Below, one piece after another: positions 10,110 to 20,466 of a stretch of DNA of 64,000 nt. Position numbers and translations under genes: made by a program. The stretch comes from Roseibacillus sp. (lineage in GTDB: Bacteria; Verrucomicrobiota; Verrucomicrobiia; Verrucomicrobiales; Akkermansiaceae): NCBI GenBank assembly GCA_965242925.1, contig CBDEUM010000014.1, positions 128,001 to 192,000 on the forward strand, read 5' to 3'. Position 1 is the first letter of the stretch. Each line of letters starts with the position of its first letter. The notes beneath the pieces were generated by a model that worked only from the letters and a program-made list of their open reading frames with translations, was not told the origin of the DNA and ran no database searches.

Positions 10110-11414
10110 TCACGGCTTCGCTACAAAGGCGTTGCGCTTCTCCCCGCTCTCCGTGTTGAAAATCGCGACCCTCCCATCCAGGGTGCCCACCGCCAGCCAC
10201 GAGCCATGAGAGGCGCAGGAAGATACCGTGGGAGCTTCGGCGCCCTCGCGTGGCTCGATCCTGAATTCACGCAAGCGTTGCTGACCTTCCGGATCGAACT
10301 GTACCACCATTCCTCCGGGAGCACTCGCAAAGAGCCCAGATCCTGCCTTGAGGAGACGCAGGACCGGCCCCTCGAACTTCGCGCGATCGGCAGACTTCTT
10401 GCCATCCTTGATTCGCCAGAGAAAAAAGTGTCCGTGATCCCCAGAAGAGAGAATCTCCTCGCCATTCGGATGAAAGGCTGCACCCCGCACGGCCCCGGGG
10501 TGACCTGAGAAGGCACTCAGTTTCTTCCCACTGGTAACGTCATAAACCTTGGAAATCTTGTCCCGGCTCGCCGTGACCAGACGTTTGCCATCCTGGTGCC
10601 AGCTCACTGCCGTGATCCAATCAGAGTGCGAAGCCAGGGCCAGCGACTGACGCCACGTATTCGTCTCAACGATACGTAGCTTCCCGTCCACACCCCCGAA
10701 AGCAAGCCGCTTGCCGCCCGGACCAAAAGCCACGGTCAGGACAGTGTCGTCACCACGAAAGGGCGTGACCTCCACCCGACCTGTCCGGCTCTGGAAGATC
10801 CTCACTTCTCCCGTCTGGCCCGGAGCCCCCGTGGCAGCCGCGAGCCGGGCACCGTCCGGCGAAAGGGCCAGTCCGTAGGTGCGCTGACCGTTGTTGGGAA
10901 TTCGCTCCAGGAGGCTCCCCTCCTCGGGATTCCAGACCAGGATCTCGTGGTAGCCTCCGGTATAGAGTTTCCGGCCCTCCCTGCCGAACACCATGGCGGT
11001 CACCCCGAGTGGGCGCGGGTAGGATTCAGGAGCAGCCGGATGATCCTCCATCGGAATGATGACAGCGAGCAGGGCCGCCGGATCCTCCCCATCGTATTGT
11101 GCCCCCTCCGAGATCCATTTCCGGATCACATCGATCTCCGCCCCGGCAAGCGGATCAGCCTTCCCCGGCATCCGTTCTTCTTCATCTTCCGTGGTGATAC
11201 GGAAGAAGAGTTCGCTCTCGAGATCACCCGGTTCGAGTTCCTTGCGAAGCTGCTCGTAGGTATCAAGGCGGTACTTCCCCTTGGCCTTTCCTTCCTTGTG
11301 ACATGCCACACAGTGACGCTGCAGAATGGGGGCGACATCGCGCGAAAAACTGACGCCCTCGGCAGAGGTCAGCGACCCGGAAAGAACGAGCAGCAGTGTG
11401 ATCCAGCACTTCAT
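10110..11414 (-). CDS. Planctomycete cytochrome c (PSCyt1) plus WD40-repeat protein
   Basis: Likely ATG 11414, just after the upstream stop. VSFSRDVAPILQRHCVACH...RMP..W heme domain, then WD40 repeats (HSDWITAVSW, GHPGAVRGAAF). Confidence 0.88.
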   Translation of the reverse strand: MKCWITLLLVLSGSLTSAEGVSFSRDVAPILQRHCVACHKEGKAKGKYRLDTYEQLRKELEPGDLESELFFRITTEDEEERMPGKADPLAGAEIDVIRKWISEGAQYDGEDPAALLAVIIPMEDHPAAPESYPRPLGVTAMVFGREGRKLYTGGYHEILVWNPEEGSLLERIPNNGQRTYGLALSPDGARLAAATGAPGQTGEVRIFQSRTGRVEVTPFRGDDTVLTVAFGPGGKRLAFGGVDGKLRIVETNTWRQSLALASHSDWITAVSWHQDGKRLVTASRDKISKVYDVTSGKKLSAFSGHPGAVRGAAFHPNGEEILSSGDHGHFFLWRIKDGKKSADRAKFEGPVLRLLKAGSGLFASAPGGMVVQFDPEGQQRLREFRIEPREGAEAPTVSSCASHGSWLAVGTLDGRVAIFNTESGEKRNAFVAKP

Positions 11415-11419
11415 TAATT

Positions 11420-13846
11420 CTAGTGCTGAAACAGGAATTCGCTCTTGTTCAACACGATCCATAGCGTGTCCTCCAGAGCCTCTTGGGGATTCCCCGCCTG
11501 CCGGATGTAATCCAGGTGCAGAGCCAACTCCTGCTCACGGGGAGCGCGGCAAAGGGCAGCGAGATAGAGCCGTTTCACGATTTCTTCCTCGCCTACCTTC
11601 TCCCGAATCCACCTGTGCAGGTGTCCATCACCTGCCGTGATCATGCCGTGCAGGAGTCGCCCGTTATACATTTCGAGAGCCTGCCCCAGGCTTGAGTCGT
11701 CCCCACGCTCGCACTCGCAGATTGTCTGCCGTTCTGGTTGTCCGAAGACTTTCATGAACTCAATCTCCCCGATCCGACCACGATTATGCGGTTTGAGATC
11801 GGGAGCCGGAAGCTGGGTCGCTTTCATGCTGGCCGGCACCCCCACGAACTTCATGGGCCACCCGGTCACCTTGCCGAGGGCGTCGACCAGTTGCTCCGCG
11901 GTCAGCATGCGCGGCTGGTAATGCGAAAAATAGCGGCGATCTTCTTTGTTAAAACGAGTTGTCCGGGAGGTGGCCTGGTAGGTGTTGCTGTTGAGGATGG
12001 CCCGCAGGAGATGGCGGCGATCATAGCCACTTCTGCGAAAGTCCTCGGCCAGAGCGTCCAGCAGGGGAGGGTTGGTGGGCGGATTGGTATCTCGAAAATC
12101 ATCAAAGGGTTCCACAATTCCCCGCCCCATCAGATACGACCAGATCCGGTTGGTTTCCACCCGGGCAAAGAAGGGGTTGTTCTGTCCAGTCAACCACTCG
12201 GTGAAGGCATCTCTCCTGTCCAGCGGGGCGGCCACTTCCATCACACCCGCCTTCGGAGCCCAGGGGCTCATTTTTTCCCCGGTGGCAGGATGAGTGATTT
12301 CGCCATCCTTCTTGGCGTAGACGATCAACTCGTCTCCTTTCCCCGTCTTCTTGCGTTCTATCCGGCTGAAGAACGCTGCCAAACCGTAGTAGTTGTCCTG
12401 GGTCCAGCGCTCGAAAGGGTGATTATGGCACTTGGCGCATTGGATTCGGGATCCGAGGAAAAGCTGGGCCGAAGTCTCCATCGCATCAAACGTATTCCCC
12501 GCGGATCGATAGTAGTTGGCAGCGGGATGCACCAAGCTGCTTCCGCGGGCAGTCAGGATCTCACGGGTAAACTGGTCGTAGGGCATGTTGGACGCCACCG
12601 CATTCACCAGCCAGCGGTTGAACTTGAACACAGCTCCCTGGCCGATCTGTTTCTTGGATACCCGCAGGAGATCCCCCCACTTTTGCGCCCAGAAGGCTGC
12701 GTGTTCCTCACTCTCAAGAAGACGGTCAATGAGTTTCGCGCGCTTCTGCTGATCCTGATCCTCCACGAAGGTCTCAACCACCTCCAGTCCGGGAAGTTGG
12801 CCGGTCACGTCAAGATGGACGCGCCGAAGGAATGCTCGATCCCCGGAACGCTGCGCGGGTTCGAACTGCAACTGGCGCAGCTTCCGATAGACCAGTTCGT
12901 CAATGTAGTTGGCCGGAGCGGGATCATTCCACTGGAATCCCTCGATCTCCCGCACATAGGTCAGGTTCGTGCTCTCTATGAATTCGAGATAGCGCACGAT
13001 AATGGCAACCCCGCCACGTTCCACGCCGCTTACCAGCCCCCCGCGCGAAACATCTGCCACCTTGGTGTTAGAGCTCTCGAATACGGCCAGATCCGTCACA
13101 TCCCGGCGCTTACCATCGCTGAATTTCGCATGCACCGAGATTTGCTGCGTCGCCTGCGGGAAGTGAAGCACCCGGGCTGTGGAGGGATGGATTTCGACTC
13201 CCACACAGGCTGCCTCCCTCTCCCGTCGAAGGGGCGCCCCTTCTGCGATCCAGCTACGCAGGAGAGCATACTCCGCACTTTCCTTCTCCAGCTTTTTGCC
13301 TCCTTCGTGGCTGACCTGGGTCGTAGGTTTGAGGAGGAGCAGGCTCTTGTCCGGTTCGATCGGATTGGTGCGGCGCCCCAGCTCCTCGCTCACCAGGGTC
13401 AGTGCATCGAGCGAGGGATCGGAGGCTCGCAGGGACAACCGGAAGCTCCCCTTCCCGTGCGGAGAACCATGACAGGATCCCGCGCTGCATCCCAACCGCG
13501 AAAGCACCGGCAACGTTTCATGCCGGAAAGACACGGGATTCGGGAGGTCCACGGCGGTCACCGTGACCAACACACTCTGGTCCCCGATCCTGATCCTGCT
13601 CCTCCCGTTTGCCAGTGGCCGCACCACACCCTCCTTCGAAACGAAAACGATGGCAGGGTCTTCTACCTGGTAGGCTATTTCCCGCGTGCCATCCGACACC
13701 CGATCACCTTCCCGCCGGGTGACAACCAACTGAAGGGATTCGCGTTTGCCGACCAGAGTAAATTCCGGAGGGTAGACTTCCAGGGCGGTCTGCCCCCAGG
13801 CCGCCATCAGATGGAGGGCGCAAATTGTGGCCACCAACGTTCTCAT
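11420..13846 (-). CDS. DUF1549/DUF1553 (PSCyt2/PSD1) protein with Ig-like domains
   Basis: Signal peptide, CSAGSCHG, FLRRVHLDVTG, CAKCHNHPFERW, NRIWSYLMGRGIVEP, CECER, C-terminal NKSEFLFQH. Confidence 0.92.
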   Translation of the reverse strand: MRTLVATICALHLMAAWGQTALEVYPPEFTLVGKRESLQLVVTRREGDRVSDGTREIAYQVEDPAIVFVSKEGVVRPLANGRSRIRIGDQSVLVTVTAVDLPNPVSFRHETLPVLSRLGCSAGSCHGSPHGKGSFRLSLRASDPSLDALTLVSEELGRRTNPIEPDKSLLLLKPTTQVSHEGGKKLEKESAEYALLRSWIAEGAPLRREREAACVGVEIHPSTARVLHFPQATQQISVHAKFSDGKRRDVTDLAVFESSNTKVADVSRGGLVSGVERGGVAIIVRYLEFIESTNLTYVREIEGFQWNDPAPANYIDELVYRKLRQLQFEPAQRSGDRAFLRRVHLDVTGQLPGLEVVETFVEDQDQQKRAKLIDRLLESEEHAAFWAQKWGDLLRVSKKQIGQGAVFKFNRWLVNAVASNMPYDQFTREILTARGSSLVHPAANYYRSAGNTFDAMETSAQLFLGSRIQCAKCHNHPFERWTQDNYYGLAAFFSRIERKKTGKGDELIVYAKKDGEITHPATGEKMSPWAPKAGVMEVAAPLDRRDAFTEWLTGQNNPFFARVETNRIWSYLMGRGIVEPFDDFRDTNPPTNPPLLDALAEDFRRSGYDRRHLLRAILNSNTYQATSRTTRFNKEDRRYFSHYQPRMLTAEQLVDALGKVTGWPMKFVGVPASMKATQLPAPDLKPHNRGRIGEIEFMKVFGQPERQTICECERGDDSSLGQALEMYNGRLLHGMITAGDGHLHRWIREKVGEEEIVKRLYLAALCRAPREQELALHLDYIRQAGNPQEALEDTLWIVLNKSEFLFQH

Positions 13847-15624
13847 TGCTGCTTCTCCCTGAGTTTCACTATGAACGGACTACTTTCCACCCGCAACGGT
13901 TGCCGATGGAAATCCACCTCCACCTCCACCACCAGATTCACCAGCTCGTTTTCCCTGGGACTGTCGACCTTCAACTCCAGCTCCAGGGAGTCCGTCTTGT
14001 CGTTGAGTCCCTTCTCTCCACAGTGCACACCTTCTGGCAATCCGTTGATTCGCAACTTGGTATTGAACCTACGCTTGCCCTCCGGCCACGCCAGCTTGAC
14101 CGGGATCTTCACGGTGCTCCCCTTCTCAATCTCCCCAGGCACATCCACTTCAATCCCAAAGGGCGGGGCCATCACCCGGAGTGCAAGCACGCCATTGGCA
14201 GCTTCAGGGATCTGGGCCGCGGCATCCCGCTCGCGGAGCACCTGCCTGGTTTCCAGCCTTGCGCCATAGGACCGATCCCCCAGGTCGGCGACACCCCAAA
14301 CCCGAAGATCGTGCAGGGATCCCGGTGTTGCATCCGCCGGAAGGCGCAACCTCAGCCCGGCGCTCCCCTGGTTTTCTGCGATCAGGGCCTGCTCTGCCCG
14401 GCAGGACAGGGATGATTCCAACTTGAGACCGATTGCAGGCGTGAACTGCTTTCGCTGGCATTGCACTGGAATCAAGAATACTCCCCCCGGCACCGCCACG
14501 AACTTGTCCAACAACGGATGCTTCTTGTCCTTCTGACCCGGAATCGAAAGCGCAAAAGGCGGCTTGCTGAAATGGATCGCCAACTCGAACCGCTGGTCCT
14601 GGCCCCGGCGCCCAAAGGCATCATGAACCTGAATCTGGTAGCTCCCTGCCTCCACCCAGAGTTGCAGTTCGCGCTCCTCGAATACGTCTGAAGGGACTTC
14701 GGCCACCACCTCGCCATCAGCCTTCAGGAAGCGGAGACGCGGAATGGCTGGCGAACGAAGTTTACGCGCGGCAGCCATGAGAGTAACAAAACGCCGCTCT
14801 TCCAGAGCGAGAGGTATCCGAACAAATCCTTCCCTGCCGTCGATCACATGTTCGGAAACCAGATCTTTCTCACTATCCTCCACCAGGACTTCCTCCGAAA
14901 TCCCGGAGGGGGGAGTTACATTGGGATCGGCCCCACCCCGATGCGACGGACCTTCGAGAACAAGTTGATATGCCTTCCCCCCCCGGTATTGCGAATCCAT
15001 CAACTCCAGCAGGTAATCCCCTTCCGAGGGCGCGGTGAACTCGATTCTCGGATCGAACCCGTCAATCTGGCTGTCGTCCGCCTGCGCAAGACGCTTCCCC
15101 GTATCCGATCGCAAGGTGAGGACTCCATCAAAATCGGATCCACGTGATTCCGCCCGTAGGATCATCACCTGTCCCTTACTAGCCCTGAACCGGAAGAAAT
15201 GCGACCCGAGACTCGGCGAACTCCCCTCGATGGAGGCGGGAATCTCGATCGCCTGTGCCCCGGCAGCCGTACTCTTGTTCTGGGAAGTGACCACGGGACG
15301 TTCCCCATCGGTCACGGTCAGATATACAAGGTTACTCACTCCATGCTCACTGTGGACACGCAGGGCTCCCGCACCAATTTGATCGGTAGAGAGGCGAAAC
15401 CTCGGGGCCTTCTCGTCAATCCGCTCCACCTTGGCAGGAAAGCTGGTCCAGAGCACGACACCCTCCAACCCTCCACCGTGAAGCCGGATTTCGGTGGGAA
15501 CCCCGGATCGAATGACTGTCGGCTCGCAACGGTCCAGCCTGACATGCTGGGCCAGACTACCCAGAGGGCAGGCCACCAGCGCGAATCCTGCGCCTCGGCA
15601 CAGCCATGGAGCAACGTGCATCAA
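13843..15624 (-). CDS. PPC (pre-peptidase C-terminal)-domain repeat protein of the DUF1501 cassette
   Basis: Signal peptide; PPC-like repeats (FFRFRASKGQ, FDGVLTL, DPRIEFTAPSEGDYLL). Coupled to both neighbours by 4-nt overlaps. Confidence 0.8.
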   Translation of the reverse strand: MMHVAPWLCRGAGFALVACPLGSLAQHVRLDRCEPTVIRSGVPTEIRLHGGGLEGVVLWTSFPAKVERIDEKAPRFRLSTDQIGAGALRVHSEHGVSNLVYLTVTDGERPVVTSQNKSTAAGAQAIEIPASIEGSSPSLGSHFFRFRASKGQVMILRAESRGSDFDGVLTLRSDTGKRLAQADDSQIDGFDPRIEFTAPSEGDYLLELMDSQYRGGKAYQLVLEGPSHRGGADPNVTPPSGISEEVLVEDSEKDLVSEHVIDGREGFVRIPLALEERRFVTLMAAARKLRSPAIPRLRFLKADGEVVAEVPSDVFEERELQLWVEAGSYQIQVHDAFGRRGQDQRFELAIHFSKPPFALSIPGQKDKKHPLLDKFVAVPGGVFLIPVQCQRKQFTPAIGLKLESSLSCRAEQALIAENQGSAGLRLRLPADATPGSLHDLRVWGVADLGDRSYGARLETRQVLRERDAAAQIPEAANGVLALRVMAPPFGIEVDVPGEIEKGSTVKIPVKLAWPEGKRRFNTKLRINGLPEGVHCGEKGLNDKTDSLELELKVDSPRENELVNLVVEVEVDFHRQPLRVESSPFIVKLREKQQ

Positions 15625-16589
15625 GAACCGGTGTCTGCTACTGGTTTCCCGGCAGCGCCCTGTTCTGCCTCCGGCACCTCGTGGAGATACAGGTCAAAGC
15701 GCCCCCCTTTTTCCGAGACGATCACAACATGCTGCCCGTCCGGGTGCCAGGCCGGGTAGTCGTCCCGGTCCAACCCGCGTGTCAAGATACGCACGTTGCT
15801 GCCATCGATGTTCATGACGTAGATGTTGTAGCCACCGTCCCGCGTACTGGTGAAGGCAATCTGCTTGCCGTCCGGGGAAATGGCGGGGCGGATGTCCATG
15901 ATAGTGTTGTTCGTAAGCCGTTTTTCGTCGGAGCCATCTGCACTCATCGAGTAGATCTCATAGTTGTTCTCCCGCGAGTTGCTGAAAACGATGGTTTCGC
16001 CATCAGGCGTAAAGCTCGGCCAGTTGCTTACTCCCTGGGACTGGGTCAGCTGCTTCTTGTCCTTGCCGTCCACCTGGACAGACCAGAGTTGCTGCGGTCC
16101 GGTCTCCGCAAAGGCGTAGACCACGCGCTGGCTGTCAGGAGTAAAGACCGGACTTCGCGTTCCGCCCCGTCCGGAGTGGGTGATGTACACGTCTTTCCTC
16201 GTTTCCAGGTTCCGGATGACCAGCTTGGCGGTCAGGTTGCCGGTACACTCGGTCACCGACAGGAACTTGCCATCAGGGGAGAGCTTGGGCTCGATGTGAT
16301 GCTTGTCGCCCACATCCGGGACAAACGGCTCGGTTTTGCCGGTTTCGAGGTTGAGTTTGAGCACCCGGACGAGGTCATCCTGCTCATCGTAGCCGAAGAG
16401 AAGGGCCTTGCCACCTTCCACGAAATGAGGATCGCGCTTCAGGATGCCGTCGTTGGTAAGCTGCCTGGGTTCGCCCCCACACGCGCCCTGGAAAATGAGC
16501 AATGCCAGGCCGAGAAAGACCATGCGAGTCCTTCGATCCAGCCTTGGAACCATAGGAGGGAAAAAGCAGGTCTGGCTAGAGAAGATCAT
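15621..16589 (-). CDS. TolB-like PD40 beta-propeller protein
   Basis: Repeats SPDGK, FTPDSQ, FTPDGE, ISPDGKQIAFTSTRDG, WHPDG. Start codon uncertain. Confidence 0.88.
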   Translation of the reverse strand: MIFSSQTCFFPPMVPRLDRRTRMVFLGLALLIFQGACGGEPRQLTNDGILKRDPHFVEGGKALLFGYDEQDDLVRVLKLNLETGKTEPFVPDVGDKHHIEPKLSPDGKFLSVTECTGNLTAKLVIRNLETRKDVYITHSGRGGTRSPVFTPDSQRVVYAFAETGPQQLWSVQVDGKDKKQLTQSQGVSNWPSFTPDGETIVFSNSRENNYEIYSMSADGSDEKRLTNNTIMDIRPAISPDGKQIAFTSTRDGGYNIYVMNIDGSNVRILTRGLDRDDYPAWHPDGQHVVIVSEKGGRFDLYLHEVPEAEQGAAGKPVADTGS

Positions 16590-17919
16590 GAATCATCTGC
16601 CCTCCATCCAGAACTTTCATTTCCGCCCGCTGCTGGGCTCCCACCCCGCAGAGCTCCGCAATGGTCGTGCCGGCCATGAGGGGTGTGATCGGCGCCGTGA
16701 CAGGATGCTCCGCCCTTGCATCACTCTCACCGATCGTGCGCCCCGGCTGCACCCCGGCACCCGCCCAGATGGAGAAATAACAATGCTGATGGTGCTCGCG
16801 GGACGCCCGTTTGCTGATCTTGGGTGTCCGCCCGAACTCCCCCATTGCGACTACCAGGGTATCCTCCATCATTCCCCGGTCATCAAGGTCATCAAGGAGG
16901 GCCGAAAAGGACCGGTCAAAGATCGGGCAGTGCCGATCCTGCAGAAGTTCGAAGTTGTAGATGTGGGTGTCCCAGCCCCAGTCGCCATTCGGGGTGAAGG
17001 TCTCCACATACTCCGACCAGTTGACCTGGATGTAGGGCACGCCCACCTGCGCCAGCCGGCGGGCAAGCAGGCAGCTCTGTCCGAAGGCCGTCTGCCCGTA
17101 GCCTTCGCGGGTCTTCTCCTTCTCCCGCGTCAGGTCAAAGGCATTCTTGGCCTTCGGGTCAGTCAGCAGCCCATAGGCAGCCTGATGGGTCTTCTCCCAG
17201 TCTTCAATGTGCGCTCCATCGAGCGTGCGATGGGCCGCGTCCAGCTTATCGAAGAGCTGCCTGCGGTCCTGAATGCGGTTGGGCGTGATCCCATCCAGCA
17301 TCTTGAGCGTGGGAATATTCACCTCGCCGTGCTGGGAACAGCTCACCAGGAACGGATCGTAGGCCTTACCCAGGGTTCCGCCCCCGTAGCCCTCGATGCG
17401 CCGCGGCAGATCACGTGGAATTCCCCGTCCGAGGTAGAAAAAAGGAGGAAGCGTGCCGGTGTCTCCCCGGTGCTTTGCGATGATCGCCCCGAAGTTGGGA
17501 TGAACGGTGGGGGACTCCTTGAAGCCGGTTACACCGATCGTCCCCGCACCGGGATGCCCGCCGTCAGTGGTCACCATCGAACGGATCAGCGAAAACTTGT
17601 CATTACGCTGCGCAAGACGCGGCAGCATCTCGGTGAAGTGCACGCCGGGAATCTTTGTCCTGATCGTCCCGAACGGTCCCCGATACTCCATGGGAGCGTC
17701 CGGCTTGGGGTCAAACGTATCAATGTGACTGGGGCCACCCCAGAGCCAGAGCAGAATTACCGACTTGGCCCGTGCCCGTTCCTGCGCAGCCTGCACCTCT
17801 AACAGACTGGGCAACCCCGCCCCCATTGCGAAGGGGACCGCAGCTGCCGTCTTCAGAAAAGAACGCCGCGACACGCCATTGCAATCGTTAGCCTTGAAAT
17901 CACCGACTCCGATCATCAC
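16576..17919 (-). CDS. DUF1501 family protein (Tat-exported)
   Basis: SRRSFLK twin-arginine motif, LWGGPSHIDTFDPKP, YG...FGQSCLLARRL, WDTH, GEFGRTP. Confidence 0.93.
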   Translation of the reverse strand: MMIGVGDFKANDCNGVSRRSFLKTAAAVPFAMGAGLPSLLEVQAAQERARAKSVILLWLWGGPSHIDTFDPKPDAPMEYRGPFGTIRTKIPGVHFTEMLPRLAQRNDKFSLIRSMVTTDGGHPGAGTIGVTGFKESPTVHPNFGAIIAKHRGDTGTLPPFFYLGRGIPRDLPRRIEGYGGGTLGKAYDPFLVSCSQHGEVNIPTLKMLDGITPNRIQDRRQLFDKLDAAHRTLDGAHIEDWEKTHQAAYGLLTDPKAKNAFDLTREKEKTREGYGQTAFGQSCLLARRLAQVGVPYIQVNWSEYVETFTPNGDWGWDTHIYNFELLQDRHCPIFDRSFSALLDDLDDRGMMEDTLVVAMGEFGRTPKISKRASREHHQHCYFSIWAGAGVQPGRTIGESDARAEHPVTAPITPLMAGTTIAELCGVGAQQRAEMKVLDGGQMIHDLL

Positions 17920-18049
17920 TCAAACGTATTCCAAGAGTGTTCATGTTATCCGAAAAGAAAAGGAAATACGCGCCCCTGCAGGGGATGAGCCGCTCCTCCC
18001 TCCAATTTAGGATTTGGAGTTTCGCACTCCGCCCCTACGGTCCGCCACC

Positions 18050-19465
18050 TTGGCGTTCAACAGCTACCTCTTCTGGCTCTTCTTCGCGGTGGTCATCGGG
18101 CTCTACCGCCTGTTGCCCCACCGCGGCCAGAATCGCATGTTGCTGGTGGCGAGCTACGTCTTCTATGGTGCCTGGGACGCGCGGTTCCTGCTCCTTATCG
18201 CGATCTCCACCCTGGTCGATTTCCTTGTAGCACAACGCATCACGGCCGCCCCGAACCGCACCCTGGCCAGACGCTGGTGTGCCCTTTCCATCACGGTCAA
18301 TCTGGGAATCCTCGGAGTCTTCAAGTACTTCGACTTCTTTACCACCAGCTTCGCCAGCTTTCTCGAGTCCTTCTTCAACTACCAGACCGACCCGATCACC
18401 CTGAACGTCATCCTTCCGGTCGGCATCTCCTTCTACACCTTCCAGACCCTGAGCTACACCATCGATGTCTACCGCGGTCACACCAGTCCCGCCACCAACC
18501 TGCTCGACTTCGCGCTCTACGTCGCCTTTTTCCCCCAGTTGGTGGCTGGTCCCATCGAACGCTCCCATCGCCTCCTTCCCCAGATTGTCAACCCCCGCAA
18601 ATCGCGGGAGGGGGCCTTCTCCAAAGGGCTCTACCTCATCATCACCGGACTCTTTGCCAAGATCGTCATCGCCGACAACATGGCCTTCATCTGCAACGGC
18701 ATCTTCGCTGCGCCAGTGGGTGAAGCGGGCGGGGTCGATCGCCTGGTTGGAATCTACGCCTTCGCCTTCCAGATCTATGGTGACTTCTACGGTTATTCGT
18801 CCATTGCCCGCGGCATCGCCCTCTGGATGGGAATAGACCTCATGGCCAATTTCCGCATGCCCTACTTCGCCCGGTCCCCGGGCGATTTCTGGCAGCGCTG
18901 GCACATCAGTCTTTCGAGCTGGCTGCGCGACTATCTCTACATTCCGCTTGGCGGCAATCGCGGTGGCCGGTGGCTGACCTACCGCAATCTCATGATCACC
19001 ATGCTGCTGGGTGGCCTCTGGCACGGTGCAGGATGGACCTTCGTGCTGTGGGGCCTCTACCAGGGGCTCCTGCTCTGTATCTACCGTCCCTTTGAAAGCC
19101 GCATCCGTCAATCGGATCCCTCCCTCCTCCGCCGGCTGGTGGAAACCTTCCTCTTCTTCAACCTCATCTGTCTCGGCTGGCTCTTCTTCCGTGCCGAGTC
19201 CATTACTCAAGTCTGGTTCTTTCTCCAGGAGATCCTTTTCACCAACTTCAACGCCACCTTCCTCACCACCTACGGGCTGGGTTCCATCCTCGTCCTCACC
19301 GGTCCCTTCCTGCTCCTCGAAGTATGGCTGTCCCGGCGAGGCGACCTCCTGGCCCTCACCAGAGTGGCATGGGGATGGCGTGCGGCCGCCTACGTCTACG
19401 CCCTCTTCATGCTCCTGATCTACCAACCACATCGAAGCAGTGAATTCATCTACTTCCAGTTCTAA
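18050..19465 (+). CDS. MBOAT family O-acyltransferase (AlgI/PatA/DltB-like)
   Basis: Probable TTG start at 18050 (MAFNS). LPVGISFYTFQ, FFPQLVAGPIER, FQIYGDF, FWQRWHISLSSWLRDYLYIPLGG, GLWHGA, C-terminal FIYFQF. Confidence 0.95.
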   Translation: MAFNSYLFWLFFAVVIGLYRLLPHRGQNRMLLVASYVFYGAWDARFLLLIAISTLVDFLVAQRITAAPNRTLARRWCALSITVNLGILGVFKYFDFFTTSFASFLESFFNYQTDPITLNVILPVGISFYTFQTLSYTIDVYRGHTSPATNLLDFALYVAFFPQLVAGPIERSHRLLPQIVNPRKSREGAFSKGLYLIITGLFAKIVIADNMAFICNGIFAAPVGEAGGVDRLVGIYAFAFQIYGDFYGYSSIARGIALWMGIDLMANFRMPYFARSPGDFWQRWHISLSSWLRDYLYIPLGGNRGGRWLTYRNLMITMLLGGLWHGAGWTFVLWGLYQGLLLCIYRPFESRIRQSDPSLLRRLVETFLFFNLICLGWLFFRAESITQVWFFLQEILFTNFNATFLTTYGLGSILVLTGPFLLLEVWLSRRGDLLALTRVAWGWRAAAYVYALFMLLIYQPHRSSEFIYFQF

Positions 19466-20423
19466 GAACGCCGAGTGGAAGGTGGTCGCCATCTTCGTCA
19501 CGGCCTTCCTGCTCTTCGAAATCGTGGCGCGCATCCTTGCACCCACACTCGATTACGACCGCGTGCATATCCACGCCCTACCCGGGATCGTGGAAGAGAT
19601 GGGCGACGACAAGAGGCCCCGCGTCGTGCTCCTGGGGAATTCCCTCCTCATGCACGGGGCTGACGGAGAACTCCTTGAGGAGGAAATCTCACGCGCCATC
19701 TCGGGTCCCTGCAGTATCACCAAGATCACCCCGGTGGGCACCGCCATCCGGGACTGGAACTACCTCTACGATACTTACTTCACCGAGAAGAACACCCATC
19801 CCGACGTGGTGGTGGTGGGCTTCGTGGCACACCACATCCCCGACCAGTGCGAACTCAAGATGCGCCGACTGGCGCGCCATTTCTGCTCGCTTAGCAATCT
19901 CTGGGACTGCCTGCAACAGGAAGGCCCAACCTTTGACGATAGGGCAGTCGGCGCGCTCTCCCACTTCTCGGCACTTTACGGCGACCAAGCGGAACACCAC
20001 TGGGGAGCCAGTTCCTTCACCGTTCCGGAATTCGGACGAGGGACAAGAAAGATCAATAACATCCTGGACGGAGAGGCCAGGCGAAAGGCACGGAAGAAAG
20101 CGGAGCCGAATTCCTCTCCTGCCCCGCCGCCCAGAACCTACCAGAAACTCGCCCACCTTATCGAGACCTTCAGGAAGCACGGGGTGAAGGCCTGCTTCGT
20201 CCCCATGCCGCAACCGGAGAGCTGGGAATTCGATCCTGCTGCCACGGAAGTGATTGTCGATAATGGCGCCACCCTGATCGACGGCCGGGCCATCGCCGGC
20301 ATGAAGCAGGCCGACTTCCTGGATGGCTACCATCTCGGGGAAACGGGCACAAAACGCTTCACACACTTTCTAGCGAAGGCCCTGGCGAAGGAACTCTCGG
20401 CCGGAACTGCGCTGTCACCGTGA
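19440..20423 (+). CDS. Membrane-anchored SGNH-fold partner of the MBOAT (AlgJ/PatB-like)
   Basis: Overlaps the MBOAT stop. N-terminal TM ending FEIVAR, LLGNS nucleophile motif, C-terminal DGYHL (DxxH). Confidence 0.75.
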   Translation: MNSSTSSSKNAEWKVVAIFVTAFLLFEIVARILAPTLDYDRVHIHALPGIVEEMGDDKRPRVVLLGNSLLMHGADGELLEEEISRAISGPCSITKITPVGTAIRDWNYLYDTYFTEKNTHPDVVVVGFVAHHIPDQCELKMRRLARHFCSLSNLWDCLQQEGPTFDDRAVGALSHFSALYGDQAEHHWGASSFTVPEFGRGTRKINNILDGEARRKARKKAEPNSSPAPPPRTYQKLAHLIETFRKHGVKACFVPMPQPESWEFDPAATEVIVDNGATLIDGRAIAGMKQADFLDGYHLGETGTKRFTHFLAKALAKELSAGTALSP

Positions 20424-20466
20424 TCCGCCATTGACGCTGCGGGGTCCACCTCCCCATCGTCGTGGC

